Shown here: positions 13,777-26,500 of the stretch, one piece after another | Layout: each line of letters starts with the position of its first letter | How positions within the stretch are numbered: the stretch's first letter is position 1 | Assembly (NCBI GenBank): GCA_951406725.2 | Contig: OX597815.1 | Location: 127,906,001 to 127,970,000, forward strand | DNA from: Octopus vulgaris | Taxonomy: Eukaryota | Direction: 5' to 3' | Length of the DNA: 64,000 bases | The notes under the pieces: model-generated | The model's database searches: none | What the model was told of the DNA's origin: nothing | What the model saw: the letters and a program-made list of their open reading frames with translations, nothing else | Program-made: the position numbers and the translations under genes

Positions 13777-16700
13777 CAACAACAACAAATAATAATAACA
13801 ACATTGAAAGAAATGAAGCTAGTATGCTCCATTGGATGTGTAATGTCAGTATGCATGCATAACAGAGTGTAAGCGCTCCTGAGATAACAGTTGGACATAA
13901 GAAGCATCAGATGTGGTGTGCAAGAGAGATGACTGCACTGATATGGTCATGTGATGTGTATGGATGAGGACAGCTGTGTGAAGAAATGTTGCACTCTAAT
14001 GATGGAGGGAACCTGTGGAAGTGGTAGACCCAGGAAGACGTAGGATGAGGTAGTGAAGCATAATCTTCAAATGCTGGGCTTCACAGAAATAATGACAAAT
14101 GACCAAGACCTTTGACGATATGCCATGCTTGAGAAGACCCAAGTGAGACCATAGTCATGGCTGATGCCAATGTCGTTTAAGTGGCCCATTAAAAGCACCC
14201 TTCAATCACTGGGCAATATGCTGTGTTTGTGAAAACCTGTTGAACCGAATGAAATCAGAGTCGTGACCAATACCAATGTCATCTGACTGGTATCCATGCC
14301 GGTGGCATATAAAAAGCAACATTCATGCATTGGATCCCCATGGAGGCAGTGTCAGGTGACCAAGACCCTTGGCAATATACAGTGCTTATGTTAACCTGTC
14401 AAGCCAATTAAGATCATAATCGTGAGTGATACTGATGTCAGGTCAATGGCACCCATCCAGTAGCACGTAAAAAGCACCCACTACTCTCTCTGAGTGGTTG
14501 GCATTAGGAAAGGCATCCAGTAGTAGAAACCCTGCAAAATCAGACTGGAACCTAGTGCAGCCCCACAGCTCACCAGTTTTCAGTCAAACCGTCCAACCCA
14601 TACCAGCATGGAAAGCAGACATTAAGCGATGATGATGATGAACAGTATATGCCAAAGTGATGCTGGGGTACAAATATGGAAAAAGCAATATACTCATCAT
14701 GACAACGCACCTGATAAGGGTACACCAATCATATGCATCACAACCAATTGTGTGGAACATGGTGACCTCATTTCACAATAGACAGTACATGGTCTTGCAG
14801 ATGGAACCCAGTTAGAATTTTCTTCAGATCAATTAGTCCATCCCGCTCAAAAGTTCCTATATAAGGGTGGTCTAAGGATGACAAATAAAAATACCTTTGT
14901 TTCCAGGGGTGAATTATTCAAGCCCCTAAAGAATCCATCTCAAAACATGGTTATGATGCTCCCCCATTACTCCGCTTGTGATCAGAGATGCACATATTGT
15001 CAGCCACTATGGACATGCTCACCCGATTTAGGTCAAACAACTAACACGCAAATTTGTGGTTTTGAGCAGAATATCTGGTGTTGGTGTTGTTATTATTATT
15101 ATTGTTATTATTATTATTATTATTATTATTGTCATTATTATTTGGAACCACATGAGAGGCCCAGGTGGCAGAGGTGCAACAAGGCAACAAAGCCACCATT
15201 TGGTCTCTGGTAGGTGAACAGGGACACGAATTACTCAAGCCAAGTAAAATGTGTGAGGACAGAAGGCCAAGATGCTATCAATGTGGACAAAATAACCACC
15301 TGAAAGCCTTTTGCCCATGACTAAAACAGGAGGACACTACCCCCTTGATACAAGCACCACTCACACCACAAACAACTGAAGCAACCCCAACTACAGAGGC
15401 AACCCCAAGAAAAGAAAGCAGAGAGGTCTCCAGCAAAAACACCAACAGCAAATACTACATGAGAGACAACAACGCCAACAAAACAGAGGTGTTGACAACA
15501 ATCACTACCACAGTAGCTACAAAACACCAACAACACAGGTCTTGCCAGAGGAACAAAAATCACCAGCAAATTTCAACTTCAACAAATTTTATATTTCCCC
15601 AAAGAGTTGATTTCAAGTAGATTCTAAGAGCATATTTGATATCATTATGGACACCATCATGGAAGACATTAGAATAAATATCAAATCAAAGTTAAACTCA
15701 CCTGGCCAGCAGGCTGAAATTGAAACAAATAAACATTTATAAGAATAGTGAATAACAAGAATAATACAAAAGATATTTTTTAAGATGAGAAGATATTTTA
15801 AGACAATGAAACTCAGAGGTGTGCATTAAAAGAGTTGGTTTTCAGACAGTTATGAATATTATTTGCTGCAACATCTTATTTAATAAGACAAAACTAAATC
15901 TGTTTTTAACTTATAAGGCCTAAATAAAATTGAAAAAAACTTTGAGAAACCTTCATGACAGCTTTTGTAACATGTTATTACCAGACATTTGACAAGTAAC
16001 CCAAAAGATCTAGTTATCAATCAAAAAATTATACTAATAATAATTTCTTATATTGACAAAATATAAGTGTTGGATGTAATGGCATGGGATAGTGGAGATG
16101 TGTGGATGGTTGGTGTACATGAGTAATTATATTGTGAGCAAGTAAAATATAGAAGTGAGGAGGTAGCAGTGAGTGCAAGTGTGAGGGTGGAAAGAAGGTA
16201 GGAGGAATGTAAATAGTGTGTATAAGGGTATTGGTGTGAAATGGTGTTAATAGAGAAATGAGAGATGAAATGAGAAAAAAATGGAAAAAGAAAAAGTAAC
16301 AACTGTACAAGGAAGGAAATTATTTTTCTGCTTTAGTAAGAGAAGAAAATTAGTGAGGTATATGGAATGGCAAGAAAAAGTGATAGAAGTGTGTGCATGT
16401 GTCTAAATGTCCAGCTTAAAACAATATTTGATCAATCATTCCAATATAAAGAGTGGATTCATGATTTTTAAGTTAATCTGATATATGACATGCACTAAAC
16501 TTGTCATCCTTCAGTCCCTCTTGTGACTTTACAGACAATTATATGTGTGTGTAGACACACACATACATATATGAACCATATACATAGATATCATCATCAT
16601 CATCATTATTCAAAGTCTGTTTTCCATGCTGGTAGAAATAGCATTGACTGGGTGCAGCTTTGTGCCATTTGAGTGATTAAAAGTATAGAGGGACAGAGAT

Positions 16701-19700
16701 AGGTGTATCAAAATTTGGCTGAGCAAATTATTCATCTTCATTTTTGTAGTTCAAGACTCCACAGAGCAAATGTTCCATTGTTGTTTCTATAACATTATGT
16801 AGGTAAAAGCTAAATCTCTTTTAGGATTAAGTCCCACTGTATTTAAAATTGCCTGCTAACCAGAGGAAATTAACTCAGAACTGCAGACAACAAACAAAAT
16901 CATCAGTTTACACCAGTAAACAATGCAACCCATGTCCCCATGTCCATGGTAACTATCTACTGTTAAGTAGACTTAAACCATTCAGACCAACTTAGACTAA
17001 ACACAAGCATGAAGCAATTCTTATGATTACATATCAGTTATGAAGGCTGTGTATCAAAGCAGTAACCTATGAATTTGGTCTCAGTAAATTGTATTAAGAA
17101 TCATCTTGGGAAAGTGAAACTTCCTAAAGTACAGGTTGGTTTAATTTAGCTACTTTCATGTTAAAATACATTGAATGACTTGTGAGTATAAAGCAAAAAA
17201 TAAACCAGTATCCTTACTATCAAAGAATATTTTAGAGAAGGATTTTCATCAATATCAGTTGCTGTTATCTGCAAATTTGGTATTTTAGTGTTTACTGTAA
17301 TATTCTGCAAAAAAAAAGCAAAATATTAAGGAAATATAATTCAGCAAATATTTTTTTTTCACTAGTTTTCATATTAATTCATTCTATGATAAAGATGACA
17401 CATTTCAGAAAACAATTCCCCCCTACCACAAATGTCTTTGCTATGAAAGTAATACATGTATAAACATTAGGTCAGAAAGAAGGTCCTGTAACATTTTTAA
17501 CACAATCACTTCAGGGTACTTTTTCAATACTTATTGTCAAATAAACATTAAGTTTTACACTTTAATGCTTTATTCTTCACAGATTACTTTATAATATAAT
17601 GGTTAAATTTGTATGATTTATTTTACCTTTTAAAATTAGTTTAGATCAGACCCCTATCAGACACTGCATATTGTATGAATTCAAAAGAAGCAATGGAAAC
17701 AAGAAATATTCATTCTGTCTGTGAAAACAAAGCTTGAAGTGTCTGGACATTCCAATGATGGTTTGGCCAGTTTTACTCAGGAAATATTTCTTTCACATAT
17801 TTCCTTGATCTGCATGACCATGTTCTGTCAATATTGAGCTTCTGGAAACCATAGTTGAGAAAACCCAAGGGAAACTACATGAAAATTGACAAAACAGTTC
17901 AAGTGAAGTCACATTTTGATCACAAAACACTTGCATGAACTAGGAAAAGTATCTAAATTTGGTTAATGGGTGCCTCATCACTTGACTGCTTATCAGCTTA
18001 ATCATAAAGTTGTTTTCTGCTCATTATTGAAGAGTAGGCTAGCTACAAAACCTTTCCTGGATAGAATCATCACAGGTGGTGAAAAGTTGGTTTTCTATAA
18101 TTATATTTAACAAAAATGAAAAAAGAGAATCCATCCTCAAACATTTACAACAGCTAAAAATGTGCTCTGTTTGGTTGGGTATAAAGGATGTTTTATACTA
18201 TTAAGTGTTAAAGTAAAATGCAGAGGAATACTGTTATCAGGTGGAAGCATTGCACACAAAAAAATTGCAGCAAAGGTATTCCTCATTAATCAAATGTACA
18301 GAGGTGTTGCTCCAACATAATAACACAAAATCATATCCTACTGAAGTCATTCATGAAAGGATTACTGCCTTAAATATGGAAGTTTTACCTCACCATCCTT
18401 ACTCTACCGATTTTGTTCCCTCTATTATCTTTTCAGACCATTGCAACATTTATTAGAGTGAAAACAATCTATAAATATCTAACAATTGTGATCAGCTTAA
18501 AAATGAAACTTGAAAAATTTTTCACCCAAATGATTGGAATTATGTTATCAAGAATGAGAGAATATACTATCTTGATAAAAAATATCAATTAAAACCAAAT
18601 AATTATTTACTTTTCTATCTTGAAATGCAACAGAGCTTCCTTACCAATCTAATATACAATGGGTGTGAGAAGTATTTCAGGACACTAAATAATTATCAGT
18701 TTATTATTCTCTTAAATCAATTAAAAGAATTTTATTTCTTTCCTATTATCCATGGTAGATAAAGTGCTGACACAAAAAATGAAAAGATATGCAGTTATTG
18801 CTGCGATATATGTGGAATGCATCAATGTAGAAATTACCAGCTTTCTACATGTTGCAAGATCTTTTGAACGTAAAGTTCAAATAGAAATGGAAGACTCTGG
18901 CAGGGATGTTTCAAACGTATCAAAGAGAAAAAAGCATTCTAAACATTTTTGCACTATAACGACACTGCAATTCATCCAATGGGTTCAAAACATTATTGAT
19001 GATGATCCCACAAAATCTATGAGGGCTATTGCCAAAAAACTTTAGGTGTCAGAACAGACTATTAAAACTGGTGCATGAGGACATTTGATACAAGTACTGA
19101 GGAGAGGCCAATTGATGTCTGCAAAGACACAGAAAAATCCTTTGATCCTTGCCAAGTGGTTACTTAACAAGGTTAAAACCCTTACAAATATGGCATGCTT
19201 TGATTCTTCTCTGATGAAAAAATTTTCATCCACAGCCAAAAGTCTAACAGGAGAAATTCCAATTCCTGATGGTTAAGTGCAGATCCTTCTGTTTTCATTG
19301 AATGATGCACACCAAGTTTCCAGCAATTGTGATGAATGCTTAGTGGTGAATGCCATGTCATGCCACCTCACATCTTTTGACAGGATTTTAGAGTTAATAC
19401 TATAGTGTACATTGAGCTGCTGGAGATAGATCTGTTAAGTCCTAGGTGGATTGAGTATGCAATAGAAAGCCACATGTACTTCAATAGACTCAGCACTTTC
19501 TTTCAAATTCATATAACCCAAGAATGAACGTCAGTCAATCGTTACAATCATGTAACACCAAACTTGTAGCCTCCAAACTTGCCAGATTTAAATCTCATGG
19601 AGCAATGGATGAGGAAAGCTGCATCAAGAAGTGAAGATCTCTAATTATGGAGGGAACATGTGGAAGGGGCAGATCCAAGAAGACATGGATGAAGTGGTGA

Positions 19701-20508
19701 GAAAGAATCTTCAGATGTTGGTCCTCAAAGAGGAGATGACAGGTGGCCAAGATTCGAAGGGTTTTCTATGCTTGAGAAAACATGCTAAGCTAAGTAAAAC
19801 TGAGGCTGTCCATGCCTATAGGCATGTCTTCTGCATCCCTCTCTCTGCCAAGAAATCCTAGTCTTGCAAACTTGTGGGTGCTAGTTTCGCATAAAAGTAC
19901 CTTTGGTGGTGCCATGTAAAAGTGTCCATGCCAATGTTATGTAAAAGCACCATTGCCAGTGTCATATAAAAGCACTTGTGCCAGTGGTATGTAGAAGTGC
20001 CTGTGCCAGTCCTATGTGCTGGTGCCATATAGAAGCATATAAAAGTGGCCAAATAGAAATCATGCCAGAACAGACAAATGGAGCCAAGGCCAACTCTTGT
20101 CAAATCATCCGATCCATGCCAGTATGGAATCAGACACTGAAAGATGATGATGATCATGATGATGATGATAATGATGATGAAAGAGACACTAATATCCATC
20201 TTCATAATAATGTAGCTTCATTAAAGGCTGCCATTGTCTAGTTGATGTCCAAAATTAAAAAGGAACATTAAATGCAGGCATATCAACAATTCAGACTGTG
20301 CACTGAAGCAGTCAACAAAGCAGAATCTGTATTTAGAATAAAATCTAAGGAAACTGATTCTGGCTGTCAGTTTGTTGGGCGTTCCTCAGCTCGCCATCCA
20401 GTGATATTCATCATTGATTCAATAAGTTCATCTACCAAAATAGTTCACATCTACCATGCTGCATCTTATGATTTCAACATAATCCTTACTCAGATGGTTA
20501 CCTGATGC

Positions 20509-20543
<35 letters not shown>

Positions 20544-23500
20544 CATCACCATCATCATCATCATTTAATGTCCACTTTCCATGCTAGCATGGGTTAGACA
20601 GTTTGACTGTTTGACCTCATTTTTTTATGAGATTGATGAGGCTTCTTGAGCACACTGAATCTCTAATCAGCTCAGTCTTTTATGCAAGGTTCAACAACCT
20701 GACACTGGTCTTCACTACTTCATTTCATGTTTTCCTGAATCGTCTTCTTTCATAAGTTCCATCCACATTCAACAGTCTGTACTTCTTTATGCAGCTGTGC
20801 TCATCCATACCCATCACAAGACCATATCAGCAGTCTTCTCTTTTGTACACCACATCGGGTACCTCTTTTGCCCAATTTTTCTCTCAGCACATTTGCACTT
20901 TGTCATACATGTACATTAATCTGACACATCCAGTAGAGCATGCATGCGCATCTCATTTCTTTCAAGTATTCTTATGCCTTCTGCAGTCATGTTCAATACT
21001 TCACTTCCATGAAGCATTAACAAGAGAGAGGGAGAACGAGAGAGAATCTTTTGAAAGAAAATGTCAAATTCTTACCTCTGGTATTGTTGCTTTATATCGT
21101 TGACTTCCGAAAACTGGAACATTATCATTTTCATCAAGAATTATTAAGATACAATTTTTACCTACTGAGCCATCCTGAATTTAAAAAACAGATACCAAAT
21201 GTTATAATTCCATACAATTTCAAGAACATGAATTTGATCTTGTTGATGTGTAAGCTTCTCTTCAATATAAGTATTTTTACATCACAAAAAAGCATGCATA
21301 TGATAATTCAACAGTTTTGCAATCATTTGTATGAACACATTATAAATTACATTATCGGAACTTATTTTATCACTGCTGTTAATAATATAAAGGATAAGTC
21401 AAATTAATTTTGAATAACAATATATATTTTTCACAAGCAAAATAGCTAGTTGGGAAATCTCTGTAAGAGATGAAAGTAGTGACTATAATGAGAAGTAATG
21501 TTTATTGCCACTTCAAGATGGCTGTTCTACACAAAGGGGGCTTCCTCTTGGGGTTAAAAATGGTAGTAACACCAGTTCATTTGGAACAGCCATGTTGCAG
21601 TGGCAACAAACATTACTTCTCAGTATAATTACTCATTTCATCTCTTGCAAAGATTTTCTAACTAGTTACTTTGCTTGTTGCAAGATCAGTGACTGATTGT
21701 CGCTTATTTTTCTATATGTTGCGAACTGCGGAGAATTACTGCTGTCACTAGCAGACAGGTATCCAGCATTGAGGATAGGCAAAAGTAGCCCGAAACCAGA
21801 CAGTCTGCTGGCCCTGTCAAGTCACATAAAGATGGTAGAGGTTCACAACCTTGCTTGCAAAATATATTAGGTGCAGATTACTAGAGGAGGCTTCCTCTTG
21901 CGGGTTAAAGAATGGTAGTAATGTCAGTTCATACAGAACAGCTATATTGAAGTGGTGACAAACATTACTTCTCAATATATATTTAGTTCTATCTTGGGAG
22001 AGTCAATCTGCCGATAAGAACAACACACATTCAGGTTCAATTCCACTTCTTTATACTTAGTCAATTATTTAAATATCTATCTATCAAACTAATGATCATT
22101 TGTTTAATGTATTGGTTAAACCAGTAGTTTCCAAAATGGGCAATACCACTCCTCTCGGTGGGGTGGAAAGATCCAAGGTGGCACTGGAAAGAAAGGGGCA
22201 ATGGAGGGCAATGCCCCACCTCTACTTTTCAATGTTACATTTAAGTTTAAGAAATAGTGCTCAAATATCAATCTGGAAAATGTTTTAGTAAAACTAACTT
22301 CAAAAAGCAAGAGCAGAACAAAAATTTTTTTCAAAATCCAAAAGTTTACTAACAAAGCTGGTTATAAGATTTTAAAGAAAGTTTTCCAGGAAGATGTAAA
22401 CAAAGGACATTGAACAAAAGCAACAGCAGCAGTGAGAAGAACAGATCATCATCATCGTTTAAAGTCCATTTTCCATGCTGGCATAGGTTGGATGGTTTGA
22501 CTGAGGTCCAGAGAGCCAGCACCAGGCTCCAATCTGATCTAACAATGTTTCTATAGCTGGATGCGCTTCCTAATACCAACCACTCTGAGAGTGCTTTTTA
22601 CATGCCACCAACACAGGAGCTAGTCAAGCAGGCCAGGCATTGATCATGTTTGGATAGTGCTTTTTATGTACCACCAGCATGGGGCCAGTCATAGGGTACT
22701 GGCATTGGCCACGTTCGGATGGTGCTTTTCAGGTGCCACCAACATGGGGGCCAGTCAGGCAGTCCTGGCATTGATCACATTAGGATAGTGCTTTTTACAT
22801 GCCACCGCCAAAGGAGCAAGTCAGGGGTACTGGCATCAGCCATATTTGGATGGTACTTTTTACGTGTGACTGGCAAGGGAGCCAGTCAGAGGGTACTGGC
22901 ATCAGCCACATTCTGATGGTGCTTTTTACGTGACACCGGCACAGGGACCAGTCAGGTGTTGCTGGCTTTGATTATGTTCGGATCCAAGTTTGGATGGTGC
23001 ATTTTATTTGCCTCTGGCACCGGAACCAGTTAGAGGACACTGGCCACAACTACAATTTTGGTTTTACTTGACTCAACAGATAATTCACAAGTCCCGTCTG
23101 GGAGATGGTTCTCCTTGTTATGTAAGAAGGTTGTTGGGATAAATTCCATGTGTTGTACCCAGTGCAAGCTTTGGACATATAAGAAGTGAAGTGGCATCAC
23201 AGGAAGGTTAATGGAGAATAGAGTCTTTGTGTGAGGCAAATGTGCAGGTACAATAAGCGCTAATAATCTACAAGCAACAGATTCCCTCAAACACTCGGGG
23301 GACTCATTACAAGTAGTAGATAACTTCTTTTACCTAAAAGACCAAGTTAGCAGTGGTGGAGAAAATTCTGAAAGTGTAGTTGCTACAATAAGAATAGGCT
23401 GGGCAAAGTTCAGAGAGCTTCTATCTTTGTTGATAACTAAGGGCTTCTCTCTCAGAGTGAAAAGCAGATTGTATGATGCCTGTGTATGTACAGCTATGTT

Positions 23501-26500
23501 ACATGGCAGTGAACGTACTTTGACTACAGAGGACTTCCGAAAGCTTGAAAGAAAGGAAGCTAGCATTCCCCACTGGATGAGTCATGTCAATGTGCATACA
23601 CAACAGAGTGTATATGATTCAAGAGGGAAACTGGATATAAGAGGCATCGGATGCTGTGTGCAAGAGAGAAGACTGCACTGGTTTGGTCAAGTGATGTGTA
23701 TGGATGAGGACAAGTGTGTAAAGAAGTGCTAAGCTCTAATTGTGAAGGGTACCTGCGGGAGGGGTAGATCCAAGAATACGTGGGACAAAGTGGTGAGAAA
23801 AGATCTTTGGAAGATGGGCCTCACTGAGGCAATGACAAAGGAGATGTAGCAATTTGCTATTCTTGATAAGACATGTCAAGTTAAGTAAAATGCTGTCTTC
23901 CACACATAGAAGCTTCAGACACCTCCAGGGGCCACATAAAAAAGCACCTGTGCTGGTGCTGTGTAAATGCACTTATGCTGGTAACATGTAAAATGCACAT
24001 CCAGCACACTCTGTTAAGTGGTTAGCATAAGGAAAGGCGAGCCATAGAAACCATGCCGCAACAGACAACTGGAGTCTGGACAGCTGCCAGCTGGCCAGCT
24101 ACATGCCAAACTGTCGAACCCATGCCAGCATAGAAAATGGATGCAAAATGATGATGATGATGATATAATATACATATATATATATATATATATGATCGTT
24201 ACCTGCATCGCCTTACTGGCACTTGTGCTGGAGGCACATGAAAAAACATTCAAGCAAGGTCATTGCCAGTGCCGCTGGACTGGCTCCTGTGCAGGTGGCA
24301 CATAAAAAGCACCATTTGAGCGTGGTCGTTGCCAGTACTGCCTGACTGGCCCTCGTGCCGGTGGCACGTAAAAGCACCCATTATACTCTTGGAGTGATTG
24401 GCATTAGGAAGGGCATCCAGCTGTAGAAACTCTGCCAGATCAGATTGGAGCCTGGTTGCAGCCATCTGGTTTGCCGGACCTCAGTCAAATCGTCCAACCC
24501 ATGCTAGCATGAAAGCAAACGTTAAACGATGATGATGATGATGATGAAATATATATATATAACTCTACAAGGTGTTAATTCTCACCTTACTGACAATGGC
24601 TAATAACCGAGACATTTGGTGATATGCTGTGCTTGAGAAAACCCATCAGGCCAAGTGAAATCATGTGTTTGATGCTGATGTCACGTAACTGGCACCTGTG
24701 CATGTGATAAGTAAAAAGCACCTTTTGAGTGTTGGGCCTCATGGAGGCAATGACAAATGACCAAGACTTTTGGCAATATGCTTGAGAAGATGAACCATCA
24801 AGTCCTGTGGAATCTTAGTCATGACAGATATGGTGTCATGCAACTGGCACCCATGCTGGTGACACATAAATGCACCCATTACACTCTCAGAGTGGTTGGC
24901 TTTAGGAAGGGCATCCAGTCACAGAAACCATGCCAAATCAGACTTGAGTCTAGTGCAGTACCTCAGCTTACCAGCACTGGTCAAACCATCATATGAATGC
25001 CAGCATGGTCAACAGATGTTAATGATGATGATGATGATGAGAAGGAGGAGGAGGAAGGTGGTGGTGGTGGTGACAATGATTATAATGATGATGACAATGA
25101 AGATGATGATGACAACAGGCCACTCTTAAAAAGTTAAGTATTAGAAGTATATATTCTTACCGTAAACTCAGGAGTAAACACAACAAATCCGTTCTGCAAA
25201 ATAATACAAAGAATTATGTTCCTATTCAAGAAACTAATGTTTTATTATAAATACATAAATAACAGTACATATATCTGATACAGGCAAAATATAAGCAAAA
25301 CCTTAATTCAACAATACTCTTCTCCCAATTATCAAGTTATATTCTCTCTATGTCATTGTTAATAATATCACACTCTCTGATTCTCACCAAGTTGGCTAAA
25401 AGTACCTCATCCAACTTAACTTACTCTATACTTCAAACAAAACAGATTTTGAAATCCTTCCTCCTCAGATATGCTTCCTTTAAGCACCCCTTCTTTGCCT
25501 GTTTTTATCTTCTCAGGCTCACATTTTCAAATATTCCAACAAAACATTAAATTTATTCATCTTCCTACCATACTTTTTGCAATTGTCAAACATTACTTTA
25601 GTAAGGGTAAAACAAATGAAAACTCCTCTGTAAATATAATCAAAATTCTCAATAAAAGCCACAAAGAAATAATGCATATACCAGTATCATACATAATTCT
25701 TCCTACTGTATACACAAGCCCTGAAATTTTAGGGGAAAGGTGGCTAACCGATTACATCAACCCAAATGCTCAACTGGTAATTATCTCATCAATGATAAAA
25801 GGACGAAAGACAAAGTCAACTTCAGCTGAATTTGAATCTGGAGGCTGGAAGAAATGCTGCCAAGCATTTTGTTAGGTCTAGTAATGATTCTGCCAGCTCA
25901 ATGCCTTAACTAATATCATACATAATGATACTCAAAGTAGGTATTACATAATGCTTATCTCAAAAAAAGGGAAAAAATAAATAGAAGGCCATGAATCTAA
26001 TAATTCATTTAAAACAATAAACTGCTGAACTAAACAACTGTTTAGTGAAAGTATGATGGTAAAATTCATGGCTGTATAGCTATAAATGCAGCTTACACAC
26101 TGCCTAGATACTGAATATATCATCATCATCATCATCATTTAAAGTCCGCTTTCCATGCTAGCATGGGTTGGACGATTTGACTAAGGACTGGCGAACCAGA
26201 TGGCTGCACCAGGCTCCAATCTGATCCGGCAGAGTTTCTACAGCTGGATGCCCTTCCTAACGCCAATCACTCTAGGAGTGTAGTGGGTGCTTTTACGTGC
26301 CACCGGCATGAGGGCCAGTCAGGCAGTACTGGCAACGGCCACGCTCAAATGGTGTTTTTTATGTGCCACCTGCACAGGTGCCAGTCCAGTGGCACAGGCA
26401 ACGACCTCGCTCGAATGTTTTTTCATATGCCACCAGCACGGAAGCCAGTCAGCTGTCTGGCAATGATATATAACGCTTTATTCACCAACACCCTGCAACT

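Noticed and set aside
22590-23030. Regularly spaced repeats resembling a CRISPR array
   Set aside because: Eukaryotic context, the spacers are homologous to each other, and there are no cas genes; these are RTE-tail subrepeats.
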